Shown here one piece after another: positions 20,140 to 29,959 of a stretch of DNA of 54,338 nt (position 1 is its first letter; the number at the start of each line of letters is the position of its first letter). The notes beneath the pieces were generated by a model. The model saw only the letters and a program-made list of their open reading frames with translations, searched no databases and was not told the origin of the DNA. Source of the DNA: an uncultured archaeon (GTDB lineage Archaea; Asgardarchaeota; Lokiarchaeia; Sigyniarchaeales; SOKP01); NCBI GenBank assembly GCA_964508365.1, contig CAZDTP010000023.1:1-54338 (forward strand), written 5' to 3'. A program made the position numbers and the translations under genes.

Positions 20140-21264
20140 ATGGGTATTATGGGCAATCTTACTGTTGTTTTAGATATAGGGCAGTTTTCCGCAAAAGCGG
20201 GTTTCGCTGGCGAAGATATGCCCAGTCAAGTATTCTTTACGATTGTAGGAAAGCCTAAATATAGACAAATTGATTACGAGTATGGTAGTGTTCGACAGGA
20301 CGACTATTACGTAGGAGATGAGATTCAATCCATAGGTTTATACAAATTGTTTTACCCTATTGATAAGGGCATAATACAGGACTGGGTCTCCTTCGAAAAA
20401 ATAATTGATTATATTTTCTATAATTTAAGAGTTGATTCTAGTTTAGTTAATATTTTATTCGCTGTCCATCCATTGTTTCCTCGTAATGATTTAAAAAAGT
20501 TATTTGAATTATTTTTAGAGCATTATCAATGCAATGCATTTTATCCAGTATTAGATTCTATGCTTACTTTATATGCTGGAGGATTTCAAACAGGCTTGAT
20601 AGTAGAGATAGGAGATAGTCTAACAAGAATAGTCCCAATTTATCAAGGATATAAACTTGATCATGCAATCAGAATTCTTGAAATTGGTGGAAGAAGCTTA
20701 ACAAGGTTTATGGAAAAAATATTAGGTGAAAAAGGGTATTCAACAGATTCTTCAATAAGAAGAGAGCTCGTTAGAGCCTTAAAGGAAAAAGCATGTTTTG
20801 TTTCCCTCGATTACAAAGAAGATTTGAAGAGAGTTGAACAATATGAAAAAGAATATTCATTACCCGATGGCTCTACGATTTCTTTAGCTAGAGAGAGATT
20901 CGAAGTTCCGGAATTGTTATTCAATCCCTCAATGGAATTAGAGGAAGATTCTCTCCCAGAAGCAATTATAGATGTAATTGAAATGTGTGACCTAGATATC
21001 CGTCCGGATTTATTAAACAACATTTTTTTATCAGGAGGGTCTTCGATGTTTCCTAATCTCAAATCTCGAATCTATCAAGAATTAGAAATAGAATTAGCGC
21101 GGCGTAAGAAGAAAAATCAAATTATTAAAATAATAGCACCCCGGGAACGGATTTTCTCAGTTTGGGTTGGAGGATCGATTTTAGCAATGATTCCCGAATT
21201 CGAGCAGAATTGGATAACCAGAGCGAAATATTTTAAAGAGGGTTTCCCAGAGAACCTTTTATAA
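20140..21264 (+). CDS. Actin-family protein (Asgard actin-related protein)
   Basis: Colinear with actin: VVLDIG..SAKAGFAGED.P, YVGDEIQS, YPI.KG.I.DW, IVPIYQGY, LKEKACFVSLDY, YSLPDG, ERFEVPELLFNP, CDLDIRPDL, LSGGSSMFP, IIAPRER.FSVWVGGSILA. Confidence 0.96.
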   Translation: MGIMGNLTVVLDIGQFSAKAGFAGEDMPSQVFFTIVGKPKYRQIDYEYGSVRQDDYYVGDEIQSIGLYKLFYPIDKGIIQDWVSFEKIIDYIFYNLRVDSSLVNILFAVHPLFPRNDLKKLFELFLEHYQCNAFYPVLDSMLTLYAGGFQTGLIVEIGDSLTRIVPIYQGYKLDHAIRILEIGGRSLTRFMEKILGEKGYSTDSSIRRELVRALKEKACFVSLDYKEDLKRVEQYEKEYSLPDGSTISLARERFEVPELLFNPSMELEEDSLPEAIIDVIEMCDLDIRPDLLNNIFLSGGSSMFPNLKSRIYQELEIELARRKKKNQIIKIIAPRERIFSVWVGGSILAMIPEFEQNWITRAKYFKEGFPENLL

Positions 21265-21394
21265 TAGACAGAACTAATAAATAGAACTCGGTTCAAACCT
21301 TAATTATCAATATTACTAGCATATTACAGATTTATAAAAATATTATTCTGGTATTATATATTAGCGTAGTTTCATCTCAATTGGAGGAATAAAA

Positions 21395-21760
21395 ATGCAA
21401 GAACCTCATAATACTAGTTTTGAACAAAGTAAAATTTTAAAGAAATATTACAAACCGGATTACTCTCAATTGTTCAACAAGATAAAAGACATCAAAACTC
21501 CTGTAAAAAATGAAATTTTAATGTCCTTACTTGATGGGAATTGGCATACTGAATTAGATTTGATAAGAGTAGCTAAACAAAAAATGCAATATATGGGTGC
21601 AGTAACCTTAGGGACAATGATTCACTCTTTAAATCACCACCTAAAGAACGATTATGTTGAAAAGAGAGAGATAAACGGAAAACTGTCTTACAGAATCTCA
21701 GATAATTATGTCGGTCTTACTCGAGCGGCATACAACAAATATAGGTTTAAAATGGACTAA
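21395..21760 (+). CDS. Hypothetical protein, probable winged helix-turn-helix
   Basis: GGAGG RBS; ILMSLLDG...TELDL helices and a wing-like YVEKREINGKLSYRIS. Confidence 0.65.
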   Translation: MQEPHNTSFEQSKILKKYYKPDYSQLFNKIKDIKTPVKNEILMSLLDGNWHTELDLIRVAKQKMQYMGAVTLGTMIHSLNHHLKNDYVEKREINGKLSYRISDNYVGLTRAAYNKYRFKMD

Positions 21761-21781
21761 CTTTTAATTAATAATCTTTTT

Positions 21782-23968
21782 TTAGTTTCTTTTTATGCAT
21801 TGCTCTTTAGAAATTTGGTAATCTGTACAATTAGAACAAAAACCATTAGTACCTTCTTTATAGCTATCACTCCAACATTTTGGACAAATATAATAGATAT
21901 AACTTTTATTATTCTTCCTTTTTAATATCTTGAACACATCGAAACCACACTTTAAACAAGTTGTGGATTTTAATATGGTTATCTTCCCAGTTTTTGGAAG
22001 TGAGAGATAAGACTTACAATTTCTATCAGAACATGCCAAGAATCTTTTCTTTTGTGGAGTTGTAATCAATTTCATTGGATGATTTTTACATATTGGGCAT
22101 TTTGAAATGGTTTGAGGAAAATTTATTTGCTTAGAAGTTTGTTGCATTGTTGTTTTTAAATCATCTTTAACGCTGTCAAATTTAAAAGTTATTGAATTTT
22201 TCTCATTACGAAATTTATCAAATAGATCAAGAAATATCTTTTTTACAGTTGTAACGACATTTTCCATTGTTTTCCTTTTTTCCTTTACATCTTCAAGCAA
22301 ACTTTCAACAAACCGGGTGAATTCAGGTTTTAAAAATGGTAACCATACTTTGATTAGCTCTTGGATAAGAAATTTACCCCATTCCGTTATTTTAAAACGA
22401 TTTTTAGCAATCCTATAAGTTAATTTACGATCTAACAGAATTTTTATTATTGTTGGACGAGTGGATTTTGTACCTAAATTTTCCCTCTCCATTAGTTTTA
22501 ATAAAGTTGTATCTGTGTAATGTGGTGGAGGTTGAGTTTCCTTTTCGTCCAAAATGATTTCATTAACTGGAAGTTCTTTGGCTTCAATCTCGAATGCTTG
22601 TTGATAAGGTTTTTTTAAAAATGGAGCGATTTCGTAAAATCCACTTTGAGTTAACGACACGATTTGGGACGTAAATAGTTCGTCTTTGATTGATATCCTT
22701 AATTTAATTCTCATTTCCTTTGCTTGCCTACCGAAAAGGGCTAAATAATGTCGTGCTAATATATCGTATACTTTTTTCTCCAGATTGTTTTCAAATTTTG
22801 AGCTAGTTTGCTCTAAACTTACTAAAGGAGTGATAGGTGGATGGTCTCCAGCATCAACTTTTCCTATTGTTGGACTTAATCGATTTTCTTTAAATAACTT
22901 TACTGTGTAATCTCCATAATTCATATGGGGCTTGAAATTTTCTAAGTATTGAATGTGGTTAAAGTTTGAGTTGTACTTATCGCTATCAGTTCTTGGATAA
23001 GAGATGATTTGATTTAAATATAGGGAATTCATAGCATTCATTACATCTTTAGCGCTAGATCTTAAGATTTTCGTTAACAAGACAAGAGCTTTAGAAGTAT
23101 TTAATGGTGTTGGTGGATTAATTGTTCCAGATTCTGTAGTATTGTTTAAAATTATTGCTATTTTCTCATTTTTAATTTTTTGAAATATAGCTTTCGCTTC
23201 GGATTCTTTCTCCTTAATAAATGGATTCTTCGTATGCATAGCTTTTATAATATGATTTTTATACTCTAAATTAGCTGTAATCGTCCAGTATGGTTCAGGA
23301 TTAAATTGTTCGATCTCAAGATCTCTTAAATAGATAAGATAGAGTAATGATGTTTGTACTCTACCAATCGATACGAACTTAGTATTAATCTCGTTTAAAA
23401 TAGGTCTGAACGTATTTGTGACTTCCCTAGTACTTGAAAAGCCAATAATAGCGTCAATGATTGCTCTTGCTTCTCCCGTTTCTCCCCAACTCCATTTAGG
23501 AAGAATTAAATTTCTATATTTTGAAACGATCTCTTTTTTCTCTAAGGAACTTAACCATAATTGGTTCACTTTAATATTTCTATTAGTTTTAATTACATAA
23601 GGCAATGCGTCAAAAAGTCCAATATTACACCCTTCTACATCTGCATCAGTTGCAATCACACATTCGTCACATAGTTTAGAGAACTCGATTAAGGTATTGA
23701 TATATGGTTTAGCATAACTAATTGCGACTTTATCGATAGAATTTGGATTTGTAATGATTTCTCTTGGATCTGAATTAATCCAGCTTTTAAATTGATCGGT
23801 ATTTCTATACTCTAAAATATGTCCTCGAAGAGGAACAACATAAATATTCTTAGAAGGGATTTGATAAACTTTTAGAGATTTTGATTTGTTTATGACTGTT
23901 ACCTGTCCCAACGCTTCTGCAATTCCTTTGGCTACTTTATTTTTTTCAGATATTATTAAAGTCGGCAT
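21782..23968 (-). CDS. topA: DNA topoisomerase type IA (archaeal TopA/Top3) with C-terminal Zn ribbons
   Basis: TOPRIM IISEK and ATDADVEG, GHILEY, SIGRVQT, catalytic ISYPRTD, DHPPITP, LGTKSTR, multiple C-terminal CxxC pairs. Confidence 0.95.
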   Translation of the reverse strand: MPTLIISEKNKVAKGIAEALGQVTVINKSKSLKVYQIPSKNIYVVPLRGHILEYRNTDQFKSWINSDPREIITNPNSIDKVAISYAKPYINTLIEFSKLCDECVIATDADVEGCNIGLFDALPYVIKTNRNIKVNQLWLSSLEKKEIVSKYRNLILPKWSWGETGEARAIIDAIIGFSSTREVTNTFRPILNEINTKFVSIGRVQTSLLYLIYLRDLEIEQFNPEPYWTITANLEYKNHIIKAMHTKNPFIKEKESEAKAIFQKIKNEKIAIILNNTTESGTINPPTPLNTSKALVLLTKILRSSAKDVMNAMNSLYLNQIISYPRTDSDKYNSNFNHIQYLENFKPHMNYGDYTVKLFKENRLSPTIGKVDAGDHPPITPLVSLEQTSSKFENNLEKKVYDILARHYLALFGRQAKEMRIKLRISIKDELFTSQIVSLTQSGFYEIAPFLKKPYQQAFEIEAKELPVNEIILDEKETQPPPHYTDTTLLKLMERENLGTKSTRPTIIKILLDRKLTYRIAKNRFKITEWGKFLIQELIKVWLPFLKPEFTRFVESLLEDVKEKRKTMENVVTTVKKIFLDLFDKFRNEKNSITFKFDSVKDDLKTTMQQTSKQINFPQTISKCPICKNHPMKLITTPQKKRFLACSDRNCKSYLSLPKTGKITILKSTTCLKCGFDVFKILKRKNNKSYIYYICPKCWSDSYKEGTNGFCSNCTDYQISKEQCIKRN

Positions 23969-24165
23969 TAGGTTATAGGTTTTATGCCATACATAATTTA
24001 GATAGATTATTATTACTTCAAGCTTTTATAAATAACTATAGATTGATATATTTCTAATTGTTTTTAAATAAAAAAATCCTAATTTGAATAAGATAATTCA
24101 ACTTATTATAATTTTTTATTGTAGATATCGGTTTTGCTTAAAAATCTTAAATGGAAATGGGTTTC

Positions 24166-27100
24166 TTATTTTGGGAGAATAAAGCTAAATTCAGCACCCA
24201 TATCTCTTCCTTTTGATTCAACCCATATTTTTCCTCCATGCGCTTCTATAAAACCTTTAGCAATATATAATCCTAATCCTGTTCCTTTATTTAAAGTAGA
24301 ATGTCCATCAATCCCTTGTTCAATTGTCACGAATTTGCCAAAGATCTTTTGAATTTCTTCTGGAGTCAAGCCTTTTCCATTATCCGTTATTTTAAATAGA
24401 ATACTTTCATGTTCCTCTACAATAGAAATATCAATTTTTCCATTCTTCGGAGTAAATTTGACCGCGTTTGATAGAAGATTCAAAAAAGTTTGTGAAATTC
24501 TGAAGTGATCTACTCTCAACTTAAGAATTTCTGAGATGTCAAGGTTAATTGTTAATTTTTTTTGTCTAATTTGAAACTCTAATTCAGAAATACAGTTTTT
24601 TATTATGTCATGAATGTTTTCTTCTTTTTTAACTAACTCTACCTTTTTTGCTTCGATTTTCATTACATCTAACAACCGATTGATATACCCATCTAACCGT
24701 TGTACATTATTCAAAACTCTATTTAAATCCTCTTTAACCTCCTCATTCAATCCCTTTTCTCTTAAGAGAATCAAATCGATATATCCTCCTACGGAAATTA
24801 AAGGTGTCTTTAAATCGTGAGCAGCAATGCTGATAAAATCTGTTTTTAATCTATCTAATTCTTTCAATTCAATATTTTGTTGTCTCAATCTTCGTTCAGA
24901 TTCTTTTAATTTCTCTTCAGCGAGTTTTTTTTCAGTAATATCTTGTATTATCGTAAGAATCATTAATTCTCCGCCAATTCTAACGGTAGACAATTCAGAT
25001 TCAACCCATACTGGTTTTTTAGCTTTAGTATAAATTTTCGTGATTTGAGGCTTCATTATTGGATTAGATGGTTCCCCTTTAGACATTAAATCATTAATCA
25101 TTCTCAATTCGAGTTTTGTTTCTTTAGGAAAAATATCTATGAGATTCAAATAATTTTTATTAATTAGATCTTCTTTTTTGTAACCAAATATTTCTGTAGT
25201 CTTTAGATTCATATCAATAATTTTACCTTCATAATTTAAAAGTACAATACTAAATGGAGAATTCTCATATAAGTGGCGATATTTTTCTTCAGATTCTTTT
25301 AACTCTTCTTCAGCTTTCTTACGATCGGTAATGTCTATACCAGATATTAAATCAGCTGGACTTCCCATAAAATTAATCGTTTTAGAATAATTATCTACCC
25401 ATTTAACACCTCCCGTCTTATCAAAAATTCGATACTGATAATGAGCCACGTAATCTTTTAAACCTTCTTGCTTTTTCTTTAATTGTTCCATAACCAGTTT
25501 TCTGTCATCTGGATGAATACTTTGAAAAATATCCATTAGGTTAAATTCTTTTACTTCATCAATATTATAACCTGCTAAAGCAGCAAATTGTTGATTTATA
25601 TATTGAACTTTATTATCTTGTAAAATCCCAACTCCCATTAGTGAATTCTCTGCGATAGTTCTAAATTTTTCTTCTGAATCTCTAAGTTCTTTAGTTCTTT
25701 CTTGTACCTTTTTTTCTAATTCTTTATTTAAAATCTTCAGTTCCTCTTCTGATCTTTGGAGTTTTAAGTCAGCTTTTTTTTTCCCAGTAATATCTTGTAT
25801 TAAGATTTGAATAAGTGTTTCATTTCCCAGCTTAATTTTTGAACTACGTATCTTTATCCATTTTTCTATTCCATCTAACCGGGTTATTTTAAATTCTAAC
25901 GCTTTCATTGGTTTGTCTTGAACAAAACTATCAAATTTACTCTTAAAAAAAGGAATGAAATATTCTGGTCTATGAAACATTCCTAATACTTCCACGAAAT
26001 TTTTCCCTATTATATCTTCTCTCGTGTATTTCGAGAGCATTATATTCGTAGTTCTATTACAATCAATTAGTTCGCCATTTAAATCTACTATCCAAATCGC
26101 ATAAGGAGAACTTTCAAATAAGTGCCTATATTTCTCTTCTGATTGTTTAAACTTAAGTTCTAAGTTAAATTTCTGAGTAATATCTCTACTTATCCCATAA
26201 AAACCTATTTTTTTACCAGAAGTGTTTTTATTTAAGTATACAGAGGTTTCAACAATAACTTTTGTATTTCCTTTTTTAATAAATTCAAATTGGAAGTATT
26301 CTTGTGGTAAACCAGAATTATAAACTGAATTAAATTTTTCAAACACTTTCATTTGATTCTCGTCATTCAAAAGTTGTTTATAATTTTTTCCTATCATTTC
26401 ATCAAATGAATATCCAATCATTTGAGAAAAGGATTTGTTCGAAAATGTGAAATTTCCTTTTAAATCCACTTCAAAATATGCTTCTTTTATATCATCGATA
26501 ATCTGTCTGTATTTTTTTTCGAAATCTATTGATTTGCGCTCCGCTTCAACTCTACTCGTAATATTATTATAAGTGCATAAAATCCCTACAATATCATTAT
26601 TGATATTAAGAAGTGGAATACGATTGATGTCAAACCATGCCTCATTTCCATCAGGAAGTATCCATGCTTCAATAATGCTTTCACTTTGATTATTTTGCAT
26701 TAGAGTTCTTTCTCTTTCATAAATTCTTTTAATATTCGCACGTGACCATGGCAATTCTATATCCGTTTTACCAACTATGAAATTTGGGTCATCTAAATTA
26801 TTAATCAATGCGAAATTTTGATTACAACCCAGATAAACCATTTGTTTATTTTTCCAATAGATAAATTGAGGGATATTATCTATGACTAGATCTAACATTT
26901 CTCGTGAATTCTGAAATGAGCTTTTCTCATCTTTAGTTTGTAATAGTTTCCAGAATCGAATCTCTTGCATCGTTTCTGCTAATTTTCTTAATTTTTTTTC
27001 TTTTTTAACCCAATCTTCTTCTTTCTTTTTGAATTGAGTAATATCCCGAATTGTAATCAAATATTTTATTTCTTGAACTTCGTTTTTGAATACTCGGCCT

Positions 27101-27387
27101 TTAAATTCATAAAATCTGAACTTATCACCATAACGAACTCTTAAGGTTTCTATTGCTTGTTCAACCTTTGAAACATTTTGGAGAAAATCCACACCACGCT
27201 GAAAATCGTGGGGGTGTAGAATGTCCGTTATTTTACCTTCTAAACTTATCAGACCTAAGTTTTTTAAATGACGGTTATTAGAGCAGTATTCAAATTCGTA
27301 ATCTTTGTTTAAAATAAATATGGGATCGTCGAGATATTCTTTTAGAACATCGCCGATATTATATCCAAAATTAGAAGTTAATGCCAT
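24166..27387 (-). CDS. Soluble multi-PAS sensor histidine kinase
   Basis: About six PAS/PAC units (e.g. YRHLFESSP...ITGKK), HisKA AAHDLKTPL, HATPase NLLSNAVKFT, DNGKG, GTGLGL; no TM segment. Confidence 0.95.
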   Translation of the reverse strand: MALTSNFGYNIGDVLKEYLDDPIFILNKDYEFEYCSNNRHLKNLGLISLEGKITDILHPHDFQRGVDFLQNVSKVEQAIETLRVRYGDKFRFYEFKGRVFKNEVQEIKYLITIRDITQFKKKEEDWVKKEKKLRKLAETMQEIRFWKLLQTKDEKSSFQNSREMLDLVIDNIPQFIYWKNKQMVYLGCNQNFALINNLDDPNFIVGKTDIELPWSRANIKRIYERERTLMQNNQSESIIEAWILPDGNEAWFDINRIPLLNINNDIVGILCTYNNITSRVEAERKSIDFEKKYRQIIDDIKEAYFEVDLKGNFTFSNKSFSQMIGYSFDEMIGKNYKQLLNDENQMKVFEKFNSVYNSGLPQEYFQFEFIKKGNTKVIVETSVYLNKNTSGKKIGFYGISRDITQKFNLELKFKQSEEKYRHLFESSPYAIWIVDLNGELIDCNRTTNIMLSKYTREDIIGKNFVEVLGMFHRPEYFIPFFKSKFDSFVQDKPMKALEFKITRLDGIEKWIKIRSSKIKLGNETLIQILIQDITGKKKADLKLQRSEEELKILNKELEKKVQERTKELRDSEEKFRTIAENSLMGVGILQDNKVQYINQQFAALAGYNIDEVKEFNLMDIFQSIHPDDRKLVMEQLKKKQEGLKDYVAHYQYRIFDKTGGVKWVDNYSKTINFMGSPADLISGIDITDRKKAEEELKESEEKYRHLYENSPFSIVLLNYEGKIIDMNLKTTEIFGYKKEDLINKNYLNLIDIFPKETKLELRMINDLMSKGEPSNPIMKPQITKIYTKAKKPVWVESELSTVRIGGELMILTIIQDITEKKLAEEKLKESERRLRQQNIELKELDRLKTDFISIAAHDLKTPLISVGGYIDLILLREKGLNEEVKEDLNRVLNNVQRLDGYINRLLDVMKIEAKKVELVKKEENIHDIIKNCISELEFQIRQKKLTINLDISEILKLRVDHFRISQTFLNLLSNAVKFTPKNGKIDISIVEEHESILFKITDNGKGLTPEEIQKIFGKFVTIEQGIDGHSTLNKGTGLGLYIAKGFIEAHGGKIWVESKGRDMGAEFSFILPK

Positions 27388-27541
27388 TTTACCTAAAGAC
27401 CTCTAAAAGTTATTAAACTCTTAATTTATATTATCACTTATTAAATATTTTTAATTATGTATTTCATACCTTTCAATTATTTTAAAAACATATAAAAGAG
27501 AAAATTCAGATTCTTAATTTAACAATAGAAGAAATAATGTT

Positions 27542-28144
27542 ATGGCTAATATTGAACCTTCTTTTGAAATTGATGAGAAGGGAAGAGTGATCTGCCAATC
27601 TCACTCAAAGTTTCCATATTTTATTCAACTAAATAAAACTTATTTGGAGGAAAGGCAGATGGAGAATGAGTTAACATGTCTTACTTGTTCACATTACGAA
27701 AATGACTATTGTTATTTTCCAAAGTCTGAAATTGATAAAATTGAATTGGACAGGTTAAGCAGGTCTCGATTTCAATGTAACCTATGCGGAAATAAAATCG
27801 ACCGCATGCTTACTATTATGCAAAAGATTTATTATGAAGTTAAATTCAATATGAAAATGCCGTTAATCTGTTGTAGTTGCTATGAGAAGCTACAACAAAA
27901 AAAATTTAATGAATATTATGTCAAAAGAATTTGGGAATCACTCAGTTTTTATCTACCTAGTTTCTTTTTAATATTTAATCCTTTTCCCTTTAATATGATT
28001 GCAGTTCTAGCATATATAATGTTTATTATTATATTTAAAATAATAATTAAGCAAAAGACTCATTATAGTCTGTTTTTGATTGATTTAATAAAGGGAAAAA
28101 AGTATTACGATAAGAATTTTAAAGACAAAATTGAGTCATCCTAA
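27542..28144 (+). CDS. Hypothetical Cys/His-rich (Zn-binding) protein with C-terminal TM segment(s)
   Basis: CQSH, CLTCSH..C, CNLC and CCSC clusters, then a hydrophobic stretch (FFLIF...IAVLAYIMFIIIF). Confidence 0.7.
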   Translation: MANIEPSFEIDEKGRVICQSHSKFPYFIQLNKTYLEERQMENELTCLTCSHYENDYCYFPKSEIDKIELDRLSRSRFQCNLCGNKIDRMLTIMQKIYYEVKFNMKMPLICCSCYEKLQQKKFNEYYVKRIWESLSFYLPSFFLIFNPFPFNMIAVLAYIMFIIIFKIIIKQKTHYSLFLIDLIKGKKYYDKNFKDKIESS

Positions 28145-29245
28145 ATTTCCAGCCCATCCCCTTACTTCTTTTCGCATATTCTCTTGTTTTGATATAATAA
28201 AGTCAATTTCTTGATTAGACTTGTTTTTTAAATTTTCAATTTCTGGTACAAATTCGTATTTAACAAAATAGTTTTTAATTTCTCTTGATACTAATTCTTC
28301 AGGGATATTTCGAGGATTTGTAAAAAAACTGTTATAGTTATTTTCCCATAAGTCAAGAAATCTCTCAATAGAATCTTTATATTCAAATATGGGTAAGGTT
28401 CCTAGATTATTTACTGTTGTAACTGCAATATTTGCCCTCTTTACTGTAAAACGATTACCGTTAAAAGAAACAGCTATTCCACCTTCGTCCTTTAATCGTT
28501 GAAGCATATTAATATCTGTGATAGAGTCACCTAGCACAATAATTTCAGAAATTGGTATATTAGTCTTTTCTGATATTTCTTCGACGGCTAATTCCTTTCG
28601 AATTCCTCCTCTAACTTGAACTTGGTTCATTGCCTTGATATAATCAGATTCTCGCTTATTCCAAAAAAATTCGTTTAGATTTTCTATTATTGTGCTTAAT
28701 TTTTTATCATGTGTTAAAAATTTCTGGAAGATATTCTTGACTAAAAAATCCACATCGCTTTTAATGTTAAAAAAAGATTTCTTTCCATTTTTTAAATTCA
28801 ATTCAGTACAAAATACATGATCCCGCGGAATATTTAAAAATTTTGCAGCGCTGTAAGCAAAATGTGTGTAACTTGTCGTAATTATATATATATCCCATTT
28901 CTTCTTAAGAATCTTCATTAATTCTGTACAACCTGGTAATAATCCTAAGTTTTGTTCTGCCAAACGAATTAATTCTTTATCTGAAAAGCAAGATATATAT
29001 AAAGGCGCAATTAATCTCAAAGTATCACCTGGTTGGTAATCGTTAATATTCAATTCCTCTTTTACATCGGGAATTTCAATAAGATAGTCGTCATACTCAG
29101 AAAGCATCTCGAAAAATACACCGAAGTCAAAATTTTGTAATTCGAGAATAGGTTTTTGATTTAGCAATCGACTTAACTCAGCAGCAAAGTCGAGCACACT
29201 GATGGGTCCTTCTAAATCCCAGCAACAAACATTTTTAACTGTCAC
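28136..29245 (-). CDS. HAD-superfamily hydrolase, EhaR/COG4030-like
   Basis: Motif I variant WDLEGPIS, YIITTSY (motif II), LGDSITDINML (motif IV), AVSFNGN. Confidence 0.75.
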   Translation of the reverse strand: MTVKNVCCWDLEGPISVLDFAAELSRLLNQKPILELQNFDFGVFFEMLSEYDDYLIEIPDVKEELNINDYQPGDTLRLIAPLYISCFSDKELIRLAEQNLGLLPGCTELMKILKKKWDIYIITTSYTHFAYSAAKFLNIPRDHVFCTELNLKNGKKSFFNIKSDVDFLVKNIFQKFLTHDKKLSTIIENLNEFFWNKRESDYIKAMNQVQVRGGIRKELAVEEISEKTNIPISEIIVLGDSITDINMLQRLKDEGGIAVSFNGNRFTVKRANIAVTTVNNLGTLPIFEYKDSIERFLDLWENNYNSFFTNPRNIPEELVSREIKNYFVKYEFVPEIENLKNKSNQEIDFIISKQENMRKEVRGWAGNLG

Positions 29246-29369
29246 TTCTGATCAATTTTAGCATTAACAAAGAGAATGTAAAGATTTAGGCTATATGAGG
29301 TTTACTAACATTCTTATTAAACAATTATTATTTGCATGAAATTACGATGATAATGGTATAAGAAAAAGG

Positions 29370-29861
29370 CTAATTTGAAGCTTTAAAGATATCTTGTAAA
29401 GATCGTTCTTTTTGATTCTTTTTAACTATTTCTCGCCAATTAGGTTGAATTATATCAAATGCGTTTTGAGCTAGTTTGAGAAGTTTATCATCTGAAGAAT
29501 TTAAATAATAACTTATTAATTCTAAAGCTCGTTTATCCTTAATTCGAGTTAAACTTTCAATAATGAAAATAATCCTTAGTTTATCTAAATCGTCTTTATT
29601 TTTTTTCATCTCGATTTCAAACTTTTCTAATATACCTAATGTAGCTCTACCGTCTCCAATTCGACCTAACGCTTCTATAATTCTGTTAACTACATTTGGA
29701 TTTGTTTCAGTTTTTAACGCACGACATAGTAGATTAACTGATCTTGCATCGCGAAGAAAGCCTAATTGTCTTGCTGATGCAGCTCTTTTCTCAGAATCAT
29801 TATCGTGGAATATCTGTTTTATTAAATTATTGAAATTGGTGTTCTTTACTTGCCAAGCCAT
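29370..29861 (-). CDS. Small HEAT-repeat protein
   Basis: KRASAARQLG, IIEALGRIGDGRA, IIESLTRIKDKRA. Confidence 0.85.
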   Translation of the reverse strand: MAWQVKNTNFNNLIKQIFHDNDSEKRAASARQLGFLRDARSVNLLCRALKTETNPNVVNRIIEALGRIGDGRATLGILEKFEIEMKKNKDDLDKLRIIFIIESLTRIKDKRALELISYYLNSSDDKLLKLAQNAFDIIQPNWREIVKKNQKERSLQDIFKASN

Positions 29862-29959
29862 AATCCATATAGATTTAAAATCGAAATTATTATAATTTAT
29901 TCTTTATAAAATATAATTCTACGCGTAGTTCTTAGATTTCTTACAATTTTAATCAGAAA

